Below are positions 39,439 through 51,529 of a DNA stretch of 64,000 nucleotides, in pieces; position 1 is the first letter of the stretch, and every line of letters starts with the position of its first letter. Under the pieces are notes generated by a model. That model was not told the DNA's origin and did not search any database. It saw only the letters and a list, made by a program, of their open reading frames with translations. Made by a program: the position numbers and the translations under genes. Source of the stretch: Octopus bimaculoides. Taxonomy: Eukaryota. The stretch is from positions 78,147,769 through 78,211,768 of the forward strand of contig NC_068986.1 in assembly GCF_001194135.2 (NCBI RefSeq). The letters are read 5' to 3'.

Positions 39439-39501
39439 AATATACATACATATATATATATATATATATATGCACATGCACGCATATATATACATACATA
39501 C

Positions 39502-39558
<57 letters not shown>

Positions 39559-39850
39559 AACACATGTAAATAGATAAATAGTGCATATATATTGTTTGGA
39601 CTTTTTCTCCCGTCATAGATGATAGATGAGGGTTCTGTAATTCCTTGCTGAACAACCTGCACACATGGTTTGTTTATAGTAATTCAATGTTTGTGGTATA
39701 TATTAGTCCACTCCTTCCATTAAATTGACATTGTCTGTATTGGTGCACAGTGTTCCACACTTCAGGTGTCTAAGTGATCAGAAAGCAATGTATGATGAAG
39801 TCTTTTGCTCAAATACACAATGCGTCAGATAATACAGAAATTGAAACCTA

Positions 39851-40720
39851 TGAGGTGGTATCAAAATGTTCTTGAACTAGTTCTGTAGCATGCCAACAGA
39901 TGGCAGCCCATGGTTGCATGTACAATGAGAGCTAGCCGTGACCTTCATGAGTCAGTGTGCCGAGTGACATTACTGTACTTACTTTGCAAATTATAAAATT
40001 TGTGTTTTTGTGGTCACATGTATTCTGTAGTCTGAGATTTTGTCATGGACTGGAACAAAGAGCCAAAGTGAAGTTTTGCATTAAACTTGGGAAGTCTGCT
40101 ACAGAGACATTGAGCATGCTTTGGCAAGCTAATGGTGATGAGGAAATGGGTTGTATGTAATGTTTCGAGTAACATGAACACATGCCAGTCAGGAGCATGC
40201 TCATAATTTTTTTTTGACATCTGTGGTATTGTGAATTGAGACAACATCCTCCAGGGCCTGACTATCAATTGAGCGTTCTGCTGTGACATTTTAAAGCATT
40301 TGAGGGAGTACATTTGGAAAATGCACAAAGAATTGGATTCTTCTCAACAATAATGCTCCCTGCCACTGAGCTCACCTCACTCCTGAGTTTCTCACCCAAA
40401 ACAACATGATATCACTTCTGCACTCACCCTATTCACCAGATTGAGCACATGTGGATTTCCATCTCTTTCCGAATATAAAAATGCAGCTCAAAGGTCACTG
40501 TTTTAATAGCATCATCAAGATCAAGAGTAAATTGCAGAAGGTCCTCAACCCGCTTATGGAAAACAGCTTCCAGACCAGATTCCAAAAGCAGCAGGAATGA
40601 TGGCACCAGTGTATTGCTGTGCAAGGTAATTATTTTGAAGGAGCTGATGTTAAAAGTTTGGTAAATAAGTTATTTTTTTATTAAACAGAACTAGTCCTGG
40701 GACTTTTTGATACCACCTCA
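39851..40720 (+). mobile_element. Internally deleted mariner transposon (decayed transposase)
   Basis: TIRs tgaggtggtatcaaaa...actagttctgt and acagaactagt...tttttgataccacctca. N-terminus EQRAKVKFCIKLGKSATETLSML, middle MLIIFFDICGIV, C-terminus HSPYSPD*AHVDFHLFPNIKMQLKG...WHQCIAVQGNYFEG. Confidence 0.92.
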
Positions 40721-41114
40721 CATGTGCACAGTGTGTCCATGCATCAGGTGTCAAGGGAACAATGTATGATGAAGTCTTTTGCTCAAAAACACATTACATC
40801 ACATAATCCAGAAATTGAAACCTAGATATGCTGATCTTGAGTGCAACACCGTAACCACTTGGCCACTCCTCTCTTTCTCTCTCTCTCTCTTTCTTATACA
40901 CACACACACACACACACACACACATCTGTATGTGTGTCCTTAATTTTCAGACTTTAAATTTCTTTGCCATTTGGTGAAAATCTTTGTCTTGACATTTTAA
41001 GATTCAATTTGTGCAGCAAGCAGGCTCAGCATCAAACATGAGCCAGTCACTTCTCTTCAGTATGATGGTAAACACTAAGGACAAGAAAACTGTATGCATG
41101 TTTGCTGGTAGGAA

Positions 41115-41153
<39 letters not shown>

Positions 41154-41374
41154 ATACAGATATTTGTTTGAATATTTGAAAAGAATATACTGTACACTAC
41201 CAGACATTTGCTAACATATGCTATCAAAAATCTCTCTAATTTTAGGTTGATGTTTTGTATCAGGATTCTTCAGAATAAGACAAATTTTAAACATGTTATT
41301 AATATATGTGTGTGTGCATTCACATGTGTGTGTGTATGCATATATATATATATATATATAGATAGATAGATAAA

Positions 41375-41620
41375 TGCACCCTTTCAAAGCCTAGCCAGGT
41401 TCAACGGCCTGATTTCCCGATTTCAATGGCGTATGTGTTCCCCAGCTGGACGGGACGCTAGTCCATCACAGTATTACTCATTTTTGCCAGCTGAGTGGAC
41501 AGGAGGAACGAGAAATGAAGTGTTTTGCTCAAGAACACAATGCGTCGCCCAGTCCAGGAATCGAAACCACAATCTTATGATCATGATGCTGACACCCTAA
41601 CCACTAAGCCATGCACCTCC
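41375..41620 (-). mobile_element. SINE family D, near-complete (another at about 41800-41968)
   Basis: On the minus strand: head ggaggtgcatggcttagtggttaggg, B-box ggtttcgattcct, CORE-like cttgagcaaaacactt, V-like gtgatggactagcgtcccgtccag. Confidence 0.8.
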
Positions 41621-42008
41621 ATATATTTATGTATATACACATATATAGTATATGTATGTGTGTGTAAGTAATATGTTATTATACACCTGTAATTACACTC
41701 CACTTCCTTGCATTTTGTTGTGGATTTCAAGTGATGTCACATCCTGCTGGTCAGGCAGGCCTATAGTGTGTAAAGGATTGAGATCACAACGTTCTCCTTG
41801 AATCGAACGTCAGTCCATCACAGAGTAACTCATTTACTGGTGAATGGACTAAAACAATGTAAAATGAAATGTTTCACACAAGAACACAATGCAATGCCCA
41901 GTCCAAGAATTGAAACCATGATCTCTCGATTATGAGTGCATCACCCTAACCACTAGGCCATGTGCCTCTACATGTATGTGCATGTGTGTGTATGTAAAGG
42001 CATGTAGT

Positions 42009-42053
<45 letters not shown>

Positions 42054-42063
42054 NNNNNNNNNN

Positions 42064-42101
<38 letters not shown>

Positions 42102-42831
42102 ATGCATGTGTATATGCATGCATCATCATCATCAACACTTAACATCCACTTTTCCATGCTTGCATGGGTCAGACAGTATTTGGTAAGGCAGGTATTTTCT
42201 ACAGCTGGATTTCCTTCCTGTTGTCAACCCTCCCCTGTTTCCAAGCAAGCTAATATTTCCTATGGTCAGACATGTTTTTTCCACAGAAGATTGGAAATGA
42301 ACAAACATGGAAATAGCTGTTTTAGCAGGTGGGTCAAATTCAGATCAAAACATTCTTTGCCTAGAAAGTTGGTTTCTGTTCTGTTTTATGGTTCACAAAA
42401 GAATGCTTGTAGCTGAATTAGTCAGTGCTGGTATTATTAGATTTCTAGTATTGAAAGGCGATGTTACTATAATTATTCATTGACGATTTTCTAGTCAGTT
42501 TCTGCCTTGGTTATTTGTATTCATATTTTACTTTTGCAGACAAATGCATATACATAACTACATGACATTACCTATACATCCAGAATATACAAGTATGATG
42601 TATTTTCTATGGGTATATGAAGATGTGAGAGACTTGTATATGGTTGAAATTAGGCATGTATGCTTACATGTGTATGGCTGTGTGCCTATAAATATATGTA
42701 TATATGTATGTAAATATATGTGTGTGTGTGTCTGTGTGTGCATGTGCATATATGTAAATGTATGTATAGACACACACAAACACACGCACACACACTCATA
42801 CTTTATGGGTGCACTGCTTAACCTAAGTACA

Positions 42832-43218
42832 TAGGTTGTTGGTACTCCATTGCTTACGATGCCGAGGGTTCCAGTTGATCCGTTCAATGGAACAGCCTGC
42901 TCGTGAAATTGACGTGCAAGTGGCTGAGCACTCCACAGACATGTGTACCCTTAACGTAATTCTCGGGGAGATTCAGCGTGACACAGTGTGACAAGGCTGA
43001 CCCTTTGAATTACAGGCACAACAGAAACAGGAAGTAAGAGTGAGAGAAAGTTGTGGTGAAAGAGTACAGCAGGGTTCGCCACCATCCCCTGCTGGAGCCT
43101 TGTGGAGCTTTTAGGTGTTTTCGCTCAATAAACACTCACAACGCCTGGTCTGGGAATCGAAACCGCAATCCTATGACCGCGAGTCCGCTGCCCTATCCAC
43201 TGGGCCATTGCACCTCCA
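42832..43218 (-). mobile_element. tRNA-headed SINE, family E, full-length
   Basis: On the minus strand: head ggaggtgcaatggcccagtggatagggcagcggactcgcggtcataggattgcggtttcgattccc (A and B boxes), followed by a ~320-bp non-tRNA body. Confidence 0.8.
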
Positions 43219-44150
43219 TCTAGTACATAGGTATATGTGTTAATATATACATATGTATATGGGCAGAGATATATGCACATCTATGTGTTGATATGCATAT
43301 ATATTGCTATATTTTATGTATGACATTGTTTACACATGCATATTTTCTTATAGATCAATTTACTAAATAAAATGCATCATACTTGTACATTCAGCTGAAT
43401 GTATAAGCAATACCATGTAGTTACATGTATGTATTTGTCTATAAAATATGATATAAATACAAATAGCCAAACCAGAAATAAACTAGAGTAATTCATGGAT
43501 ATTTATAGCAGCAAAACTTTCAATACTAACCCCCTGAAAAACGCCATTAGAAATTTCTGAAGAGCAATTTTATAGCACCAACATCAATTGAACCTCAGTC
43601 TCATATATGATAGGTGGCCTACAGATTCATCTGTAAACATTGTTTTGTGAACCCTAAAACACAACAAAAAGCAATTTTCATATAACAAAATATTTTGTGG
43701 CCTGAATTAAATGCACTTGTTTACATAGATACTTCCATGTATGACCGAACCCTGGATGATAATATAATTTCTACATCATGCCAAACAAAATCTCCCCACA
43801 ATAGCTTTCTATCAACCTGCACCCTGCAAACACATACTCCCCTCCATCCTCCTCTATTTTCTTTCTTACATATCTGCTTCCCAGAACTATGAAGATCATA
43901 CCTAATAATCATTTTACTTTACTCCACCCTACACTTACTCCCTGAAAGAAAACTTGCCAAAGACTACATAAAGCCAAAAAGAACCTAAGTACAACACAGT
44001 CTGATGAAGGCAAGCAATCCAAACCTTCGAAGTTACTATGAGCTGTTTTCTTGTAAATGTTTAATAAACATGTACTCTACTAAAAAGTATTGAGTAATCT
44101 TTCTGTTACCGTTGCTTTGTTTTTATATAAAACTTAACAAAAAGCAAACA

Positions 44151-44293
44151 TTAATATATATATACTTGTGTGTAAAAATGTATATGTACATAATATATCA
44201 ATAAGTGAATGTGTGAGTGTATGTATATATAAATATATGTATGTATATGTATATGTATATGTGTATATATATGTATGTATGTATGTGTATACA

Positions 44294-44354
<61 letters not shown>

Positions 44355-44440
44355 ATATATATAAATATGAATGTATGTATATATATATACATATATATAT
44401 ATATCACAGACACATATATTCACACACTTACAGACACATA
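44151..44440. repeat. Compound (TA)n/(TATG)n microsatellite (similar fields at 39300-39570, 28545-28670, 21865-22060, 53630-53697)
   Basis: Direct reading. Confidence 0.95.
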
Positions 44441-45907
44441 TAAATTAGTAACTTGGAGATTTCACTTTATATCAAAATTTTTTAAATGTAGCATAAATCT
44501 GTTTTATATTTTAAATATAGTCATTAATATTGTTTAAACGATAAAAATTCGAAATTTGTTGTTTATAGTCATTTTTCAAAATTTATGTCTAAATTTATAT
44601 TCTTCACGAGACCATATAAAAATAGATTCAGAGAATTTCTTTAAAGTGATATGTTGTTTTATTTTGAAGTAAAATCATCAAAAGGACTTGAAGGTATTTA
44701 GTAAAAGTTATATGTACTTGTAACTGAAACTTTTTTTTTAGTATACCGATGCAAAGGAACCCTGCATAAAAACCAATTATAGCTCTATCTTACAGGAATT
44801 TCTCACTTAATACTGAAATAATATTAGTCATTGACTAAAATATTTTGTTTAATATTTAATATTGAGTAAACTTTTCAATGCTGATGAGATCTAACACACT
44901 GAAACATTTCCATAGTTGTCTCTCTTGCCTGAAATGAAGATCAGACTTTCTTTTACTTTCAGAGATTAATTCTTAAATTTTAAAAAATTATCTCCCCTTT
45001 TCTTGAGAGTCACTGACAGCTACTGTTAGGTTTGTGTTTCTTTCTGAGAGGGAAAGTTTAATTAAGAATTTTTGCATATCACATTTAGTACATTGTTTTT
45101 TAAGTTCATTTATCCAAATTCATGCTGTTGGTCCATTTGAATTATTTCTCTTAGTTCAGTTTATTTACTTAATTCTACATATATATTTGTAGTTAGCTTT
45201 TTTAACGTACCTGACATGATATATGTAAAAATTTACTTCAAAATAACCAAAAATAACTTTTCAATAATCATGTTAAAGACACTGATCCAAACTCATTGAT
45301 CATTCTGACCTCTAAATATAATTTTACCTTGATTTCTTTTGTTTAGACATTTTTTCTGGATCCTTTCTAATAATTAATCAAATGACATTAATTTGTAAAC
45401 TAGAATCAAACTTTATTTTTCAGCTTTATAATTTTGCCATGTCTTCTCACAAACCAAAACATTTTAAATATTTTCATATGGTATAAAATTGAAACATACA
45501 TGCTGCAATTTAGGCAAAAGTTTCAAGACTTCATTAGATGTAAATCTGGCACAAGATATGTTTCAAGTTAAGTAATATTGGTAATATTTTATTTGGGATG
45601 AAAGGAAACTGGCTCTTTTGCTGTATCTTTTGAAGGTTTAATTTAATATTCCCCTCCTATCTCATTAGAATTAGATCCTCTTATTATGCTGAGAGGCTTT
45701 GCTAACAGCTCAGTCTTAAATGTAGAAAAAGAACTGCAATGCTATCTTCTGTTTAACTCATTATATTATTTGGCAAAACTAACTTGATGTACCAAACGAA
45801 CTTCTATGAATCAATAAAAGCAGTTTTAGATTTTGCTGCAATAAACTACCTTTCATTGAAATTTATTCTTATTATTTTAGGATTTTGCATTTTCACATTT
45901 TTTTTAC

Positions 45908-45997
45908 ATGGCTTCGTTAATGTTCATTCTATTTTTTATTTTGCTTGGTTCAGAGGAAGAAGCTGTGCCAATGGCCTTTGTAGGTCCTCTAACAAAT
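45908..45997 (+). CDS. Candidate coding exon (signal-peptide-like N-terminus), unverified
   Basis: ATG in acATGG context; MASLMFILFFILLGSEEEAVPMAFVGPLTN ends exactly at a GTAAGT donor. An alternative internal acceptor (ttggttcag) at 45953 gives a 44-nt exon. Confidence 0.25.
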
Positions 45998-46252
45998 GTA
46001 AGTTTTAGATATTGGTATCTAAAGAAGAGTAAAGGGTGTGGATATACCACAATTACATGATAATCCCCTGCCAGGAGCCTGGTCTGAATTCTTACAAAAG
46101 AGCAAACTCTTCTAAAGACACCCATGGACCAGGAGTAGGCATAAAAGTGGGTGGCATGATGTACCTATCATCCAGTGTTTGGTTTTCTCATAAGCATTTG
46201 GAAGATGTACAAGCTGTGACTTTAACAAATACATTTTTCTAAACAGTCTCAT

Positions 46253-46590
46253 TATGGCTCAGTGGTTAGAGTGTCAGGTGCACAATCATGAAGTAGTGAG
46301 TTCGATTCCTGAACAGGGCTGTGTGTTGTGTCCTTGAGCAAGACACTTTAATTCATGTTGCTCAAGTTCACTCACGTGTAGTAATGAGTTGTGACGTCAC
46401 TGGTACCAAGCTGTATTGGCCTTAACTTTTCCATTGGATAACATTGGTAGCATGGACAATGGAGACTAGTGTGCATGGGCGACTGCTGGTCATCTATAAA
46501 CAGCCTTGCCTAAACTCGTGCCTTGGAGGGTAACTTTCTAAGTGCAATTCCATGGTTATTCACAACTGATGGGGGTCTTTACCCTTTTAT
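46253..46590 (+). mobile_element. tRNA-headed SINE (CORE-like)
   Basis: A-box tggctcagtggtta, B-box gagttcgattcct, then ccttgagcaagacactt. Confidence 0.75.
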
Positions 46591-46989
46591 CCCGATTTCT
46601 AATATCTTGATTCATTATGTTAATACTAAGATAACAAAACAAAAACAAACAAAAAAAAGACTTGTTTGGAAATATTGTAACACTACTACCTCTTTAATTT
46701 AAATGCCTTGACAGAGTGTGAACTGATCTAATTGCTTCTGTCTATCATGGTTGCTTTTGCTTATCTTTGTTTCTTATTATATATGCAATTATTTATGCTA
46801 GATGTGCTAGATGTGCTGCACATGACCATTGAGGGACTTAAACTATTCAGTTTTCTTTGCATTTGTCAAAGCTGATAGATTCAATTATTTCAACCAAAAT
46901 TGGAAGCCAAATCTGTGTGTATTTAAATGTTATGACCCAACCAATAAAATAGCTCTGAAAGGTGTGCATTACAAATTCTTAAACTATAT

Positions 46990-47890
46990 AGCAGAAATGG
47001 CTAAGATACTTTATTGCATGATATAGACAATAGAATGCTTGTACAGAAGAGCAAGAACAATGTGTTACATGGTATGGCAGTGACAAGAGAAGTGTTATAC
47101 GGTGTAGCAGTGACAATAGAAGTATTACAAAGTATGCCAGAGATAATAGAAGTGATAGAGTGTATGGTATTGACAATAGAAGTGTTACACTGTATGGCAG
47201 TGACAATATATATGTTACATAGTATGGCATTAACAATAAGTATTACACAGTACAGCAGTGACAATAGGAGTGTTATACTGTTTGGCAGTGACAACAGAAG
47301 TGATATATTTGGTGGCAGAGAGATAAAAGTGAAATACGAGTGGCAGAGATGATAAAAGTTTTATTCTGTGCAGCAGAGACAATAGGTGTTACACTGCATG
47401 GTCAAGATAATCAAAGTAATATTCTGTATGACAGGGAGAGTAGGAATGTTACACAATATGGCAGTGATAAGAGAAGCATTACTCTGTGTAGTAGACAAAA
47501 GAAGTGTTATACTGTATGGCAGAGAGAATAGAAGTGTTATATTGTGTAGAAGAAAAAGTGGAATTGTTACACTGCAGAGTAGATATAAAAGTTATGCTGT
47601 GTAGCTGAAGTAATAGAAATACATTATTGTATAGTGTATGGGAAAAACAATAGATATATTACTTATGGTTTTGAAAGCAGAAATGTCATATGATAAATAA
47701 AGTAGAAAGTTATCACATATATAGCAAGTGCTATATGATAGCATCATGGTAGCATCATGGTAGCATCATGCTGTATGGTAGAAGTAGTACTGAAGTACTG
47801 TATTGTGAGAGAGGCAGTAGAAATATACTGTATGACAAAGAAACCAGAAATGCCATACTGTATTAGAGAAACAGGAGAAGCTGTGATGCA
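46990..47890. repeat. Degenerate 30-bp minisatellite
   Basis: Consensus approximately gtatggcagtgacaatagaagtgttacact, about 24 units to 47700 and a few more to 47890, with (tagcatcatgg)x3 at about 47739-47770. Confidence 0.9.
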
Positions 47891-48628
47891 TTTGTAAAAA
47901 TGTAAGATGAATATGAAATTTTGGAAGCTCAAAATAACTCACACTTCCTGTCATTCTCTCTCTCATTTGATATATAAAGATACATAAAAATGCATAGATA
48001 TATGCATGTGCTTTTCTATATCCTGATACCATAAGTAAAATTCAAACACTTGTACTCTTCTATTGAAACAGTCACATCAGATTGAATAAAAAAAAATGTA
48101 AAATTGCTCAGTACACTCCATACAGTGGTTAGGGTGTTACCCTCCTAACCACAAAATTGTGATTTCAGCTCCAGGTTTCAATTTATTTGATGTATTGTGT
48201 TCTTGAGCAAAACACTTCATTTCACATTACTCCAAGTCCAGTTAGCCGTGAATGAATATCCCTGCAATAGACTCATGTCCTTTTTCAAGAGCAGTGTTGT
48301 GATTTTGACCATTTATACACCATGGAAACTGAGTAATCAGCTCTATGAGTCCAAGTACTTGAAACAATAATATGACAAAAGTTTGCTCAATATAACAGTC
48401 AAATTTCCTCAGTAAACTCCTTATCTTAAAAATATTGGCTCCATATTTGTGCCATAAATGTTTGGACAATTTTCTTGCCTACAAATAAAAATACAGGTAG
48501 GAATCTCTGGAATGTCAATCCAAATTAATATTTCTAATAGTGATGCGAATGCTAACATATATAATGTGGTAAGCATGCTAGCTTTAAAGAATCGAATTCA
48601 TAACCATATCAAAATGAAGTGAATATTA

Positions 48629-48817
48629 AGGCCAGCAATTTGAGAGAAGTACAGTTACATCAGTTACATCGACTCAGTTGGTATTTATCTTTATTGACCC
48701 CGAAAGGATGAAAGGTAAAGTCAGCCTCAGTGGAATTTGAACTCAGAATGTAAAGACATGAAATGCCACTAAGCATTTTGCCCAGCATGATAACGACTGT
48801 GTCAGTTTGCCACCTAC
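48629..48817 (-). mobile_element. SINE family C with perfect 13-bp TSD
   Basis: gaagtgaatatta at 48616-48628 and 48818-48830. Confidence 0.88.
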
Positions 48818-49084
48818 GAAGTGAATATTATTGGATAATGTTCAAGTGAACTAACCAAAGACAACAGAAACAATCTAAATAAAAACAACTGGGAATGGAT
48901 TGATGCACCAGATTGCAAATTAAAACTGGACATCTAAAGTGAAGGGGAAGAAATGGAAGAATCTGCTGTTCTACAGCAGACATAATGACGACTTTGGACA
49001 TGTTTCAATCTTACTAAGCCTCCTCAGTGAAGCTTAATGCTTCAGGTTTGTCAGACATACAAAGAAAAAGCAATATATTTACTT

Positions 49085-49437
49085 TTTACTTTTAACTCAT
49101 TTTAGTCACTGGACTGTGGCCATGTTGGGGCACCATCTTGGAGGAGATAGTTGGCCAAACTGACACTAGTTATAGGGACGTAAACAAGTTATAGGGATGT
49201 AATCAAAACAACACCAGCTGTCAAGTGGAGGGGGACAAACACAAACCTATGCACACACACACACACACACATGTATATATGACAAGTTTCCATACAGTTT
49301 CCATTTCCCAAATTCCCTTGCAAGGTATTGGTTGACCCTGGACCATAACATGACACTTTCCCTAAGTATCAAGCAGTGGTATAGAACCTGAAACTGTGTG
49401 ATTGCAAAGTGAACATCTTAATCACACAGCCATGCCT
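49085..49437 (-). mobile_element. SINE family B copy (another, + strand, at 50541-50930)
   Basis: Shared blocks with the other family B copies. Confidence 0.75.
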
Positions 49438-49589
49438 GTTTCTATATGTAATATGTACCAATGCTCTTGTGACTTGTAAAAATCAAGAGAAATAACCTAG
49501 GGATATCATCTGCATAGTAAGTAAATAGTAAAGTAAGGGCTAAAACCCTAAATGTGGTGAACATATTATCATTAATTAATTTATTTCTT

Positions 49590-49808
49590 TATTGCCCACA
49601 GGAGGCTAAACATAGAGGAAACAAACAAGGACAGACAAAGTGATTAAGTCAATTAAATCAACCCCAGTGTCTAACTGATACCTATTTAATTGACCCTGGA
49701 AAGATGAAAGGCAAAGTTGACCTTGGTGGAATTTGAACTCAGAATGTAAATGGCAGCCAAAATACCGCTAAGCATTCCAGCCGGCGTGCTAATGATTCTG
49801 CCAGCTCA
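49590..49808 (-). mobile_element. SINE family C copy
   Basis: gatgaaaggcaaagttgaccttggtggaatttgaactcagaatg...ccggcgtgctaatgattctgccagctc. Confidence 0.85.
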
Positions 49809-51529
49809 AATTGTCTTCATATCAAATGGAGGTAAATATTGCTGAGCAATGCTTTACTCTATCATATACATGCTTGTTACAAATAAGTTTGATTTGGTAC
49901 TCTGCATTTATCCATTTCAAACTGAACCTGACGAAAGTTATAAAACAGTAACAACAGCAGCAGTAACCAATAAATAACTGATATAAACACAACCATTCAT
50001 AAGTTTGGGTGCGCAAGTATTTCAAAATACCTCACAGAATGATAACTGTGCCCGGGATAGTTACAGGCTGCCCTTTGGCATTCATCCTACCAGAGATATG
50101 ATGAAGTCATGGCAGATTGTGAAGAGGTAGTAGAAGAGCTCAGTTGAGCCAAAAGTGCTTTGTACATTGATGCTGAGTGGAGAAATCTTAGAAGATTAAT
50201 GGTCAGGATCACCAAACTTTATCAAGACAGTAACTGCAATTCATCCATAGGGGTTGTGTCCATGGTTGTATAATCAGCTAAAGAAAAATTCACTATGACT
50301 GAAGCTCCCAATTCAAATTCATAATAATGGAAGTAGATAGTGACAGTAAGTCATGGGAATCCATGAAAGCAGCGAAAAAGTAGTCAATAGGTATTTATAC
50401 TGTATTTATGATACAAATTAACCAGCTATAGATATTTCTTCATTGATACTATTTTATCAGTTTATACTATTTTGATGGAGAATTTTCTGATAACTCTTTT
50501 TAGAAAAATAGCAATAATTTAAAAGAAAAAAAATGATCAGACATGGTTGTGTGGTTAAGAAGCTTGCTTCACAACCATATGGTTCTGGGTTCAGTCTCAT
50601 TGTGTAGCACATTTGGCAAATGTTTTTTTGTTATAACGCCAGGGTGATCAGTGACTTGTGAATGAATTTGGTAGATGGAAACTATATGGATGCCCATTGT
50701 ATATGTATGTGTGTGTTTGTGCAAGTGTGTTATGTGTGTATCTTTGTGCTTTTCTCTCGCCCACCACTTGCTGGTTTGTTTACCTCTCTATAGCATAACA
50801 GTTCACCAAAGAGACTGATAAAAAATATACCAGACTTAAAAGTAAGTCCTGGGGTTGATTTCTTTGACTAAAACATTTCAAGGCAGTGCCCCAGCATGGT
50901 TGCAGTCTGAAACAAGTAAGAGATAAAAGATAGATGGCTGAGGTGGAAAGTTTGTTTTGATAAAAGTAACTGGTACTCAATGACTTGATCATTGAGAGGC
51001 AAAAGACAAAGTTGATCTAGATAATATCTAAATATAAAACTGCAAAATATGAACTAATGAACATATCTGAACTAAACAGACAATTATGTTTGGCACATAT
51101 AATAATAGGTAAGTTATGCATCACTAATCTAAAGATATATATAAAGTGAACTTATATTTCTCTATATGTCAGATGTAATATCATGAATGCGAATGTCATT
51201 CAGATACCAAAATCAATGTGTACAGTTCACCATTATCTTATACAGTTTTGATTTTCAGAACACTACACTACCTTATATGTCTTTGACTGGACAGAATATC
51301 ATTATTTGAGAAAATAGGCAAAAAAAAAACAACAAAAAAACCCCAAAACAAAAAAAACTCTTTTACTTGTTTCAGTCACTGAAATGAAGCCATGTGTGTT
51401 TGTGTGTTTTTCTCCTAACTCATTGCTTGAACACTGATGTTGGTTTATTTATGGTCTCTTTCACTAAAACATTCAAGGCTGTACTCCAACATGCCCAGAG
51501 TCCAGTGACTGAAGCAAATAAAAGATTAA

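Noticed and set aside
39223-39664. YIYI, CVCV, HTHT, LSIY and ERER ORFs here and throughout the window
   Set aside because: Translations of di- and tetranucleotide microsatellites.
43150-46320. tRNA-like A/B-box sequences (43150-43218, 46253-46320 and others)
   Set aside because: They continue into SINE bodies, with no complete cloverleaf or Pol III terminator, so they are not tRNA genes.
27470-47890. Regular repeats (66-bp and 30-bp) considered as CRISPR-like arrays
   Set aside because: Head-to-tail tandem units with no unique spacers, in a eukaryotic context with no cas genes.
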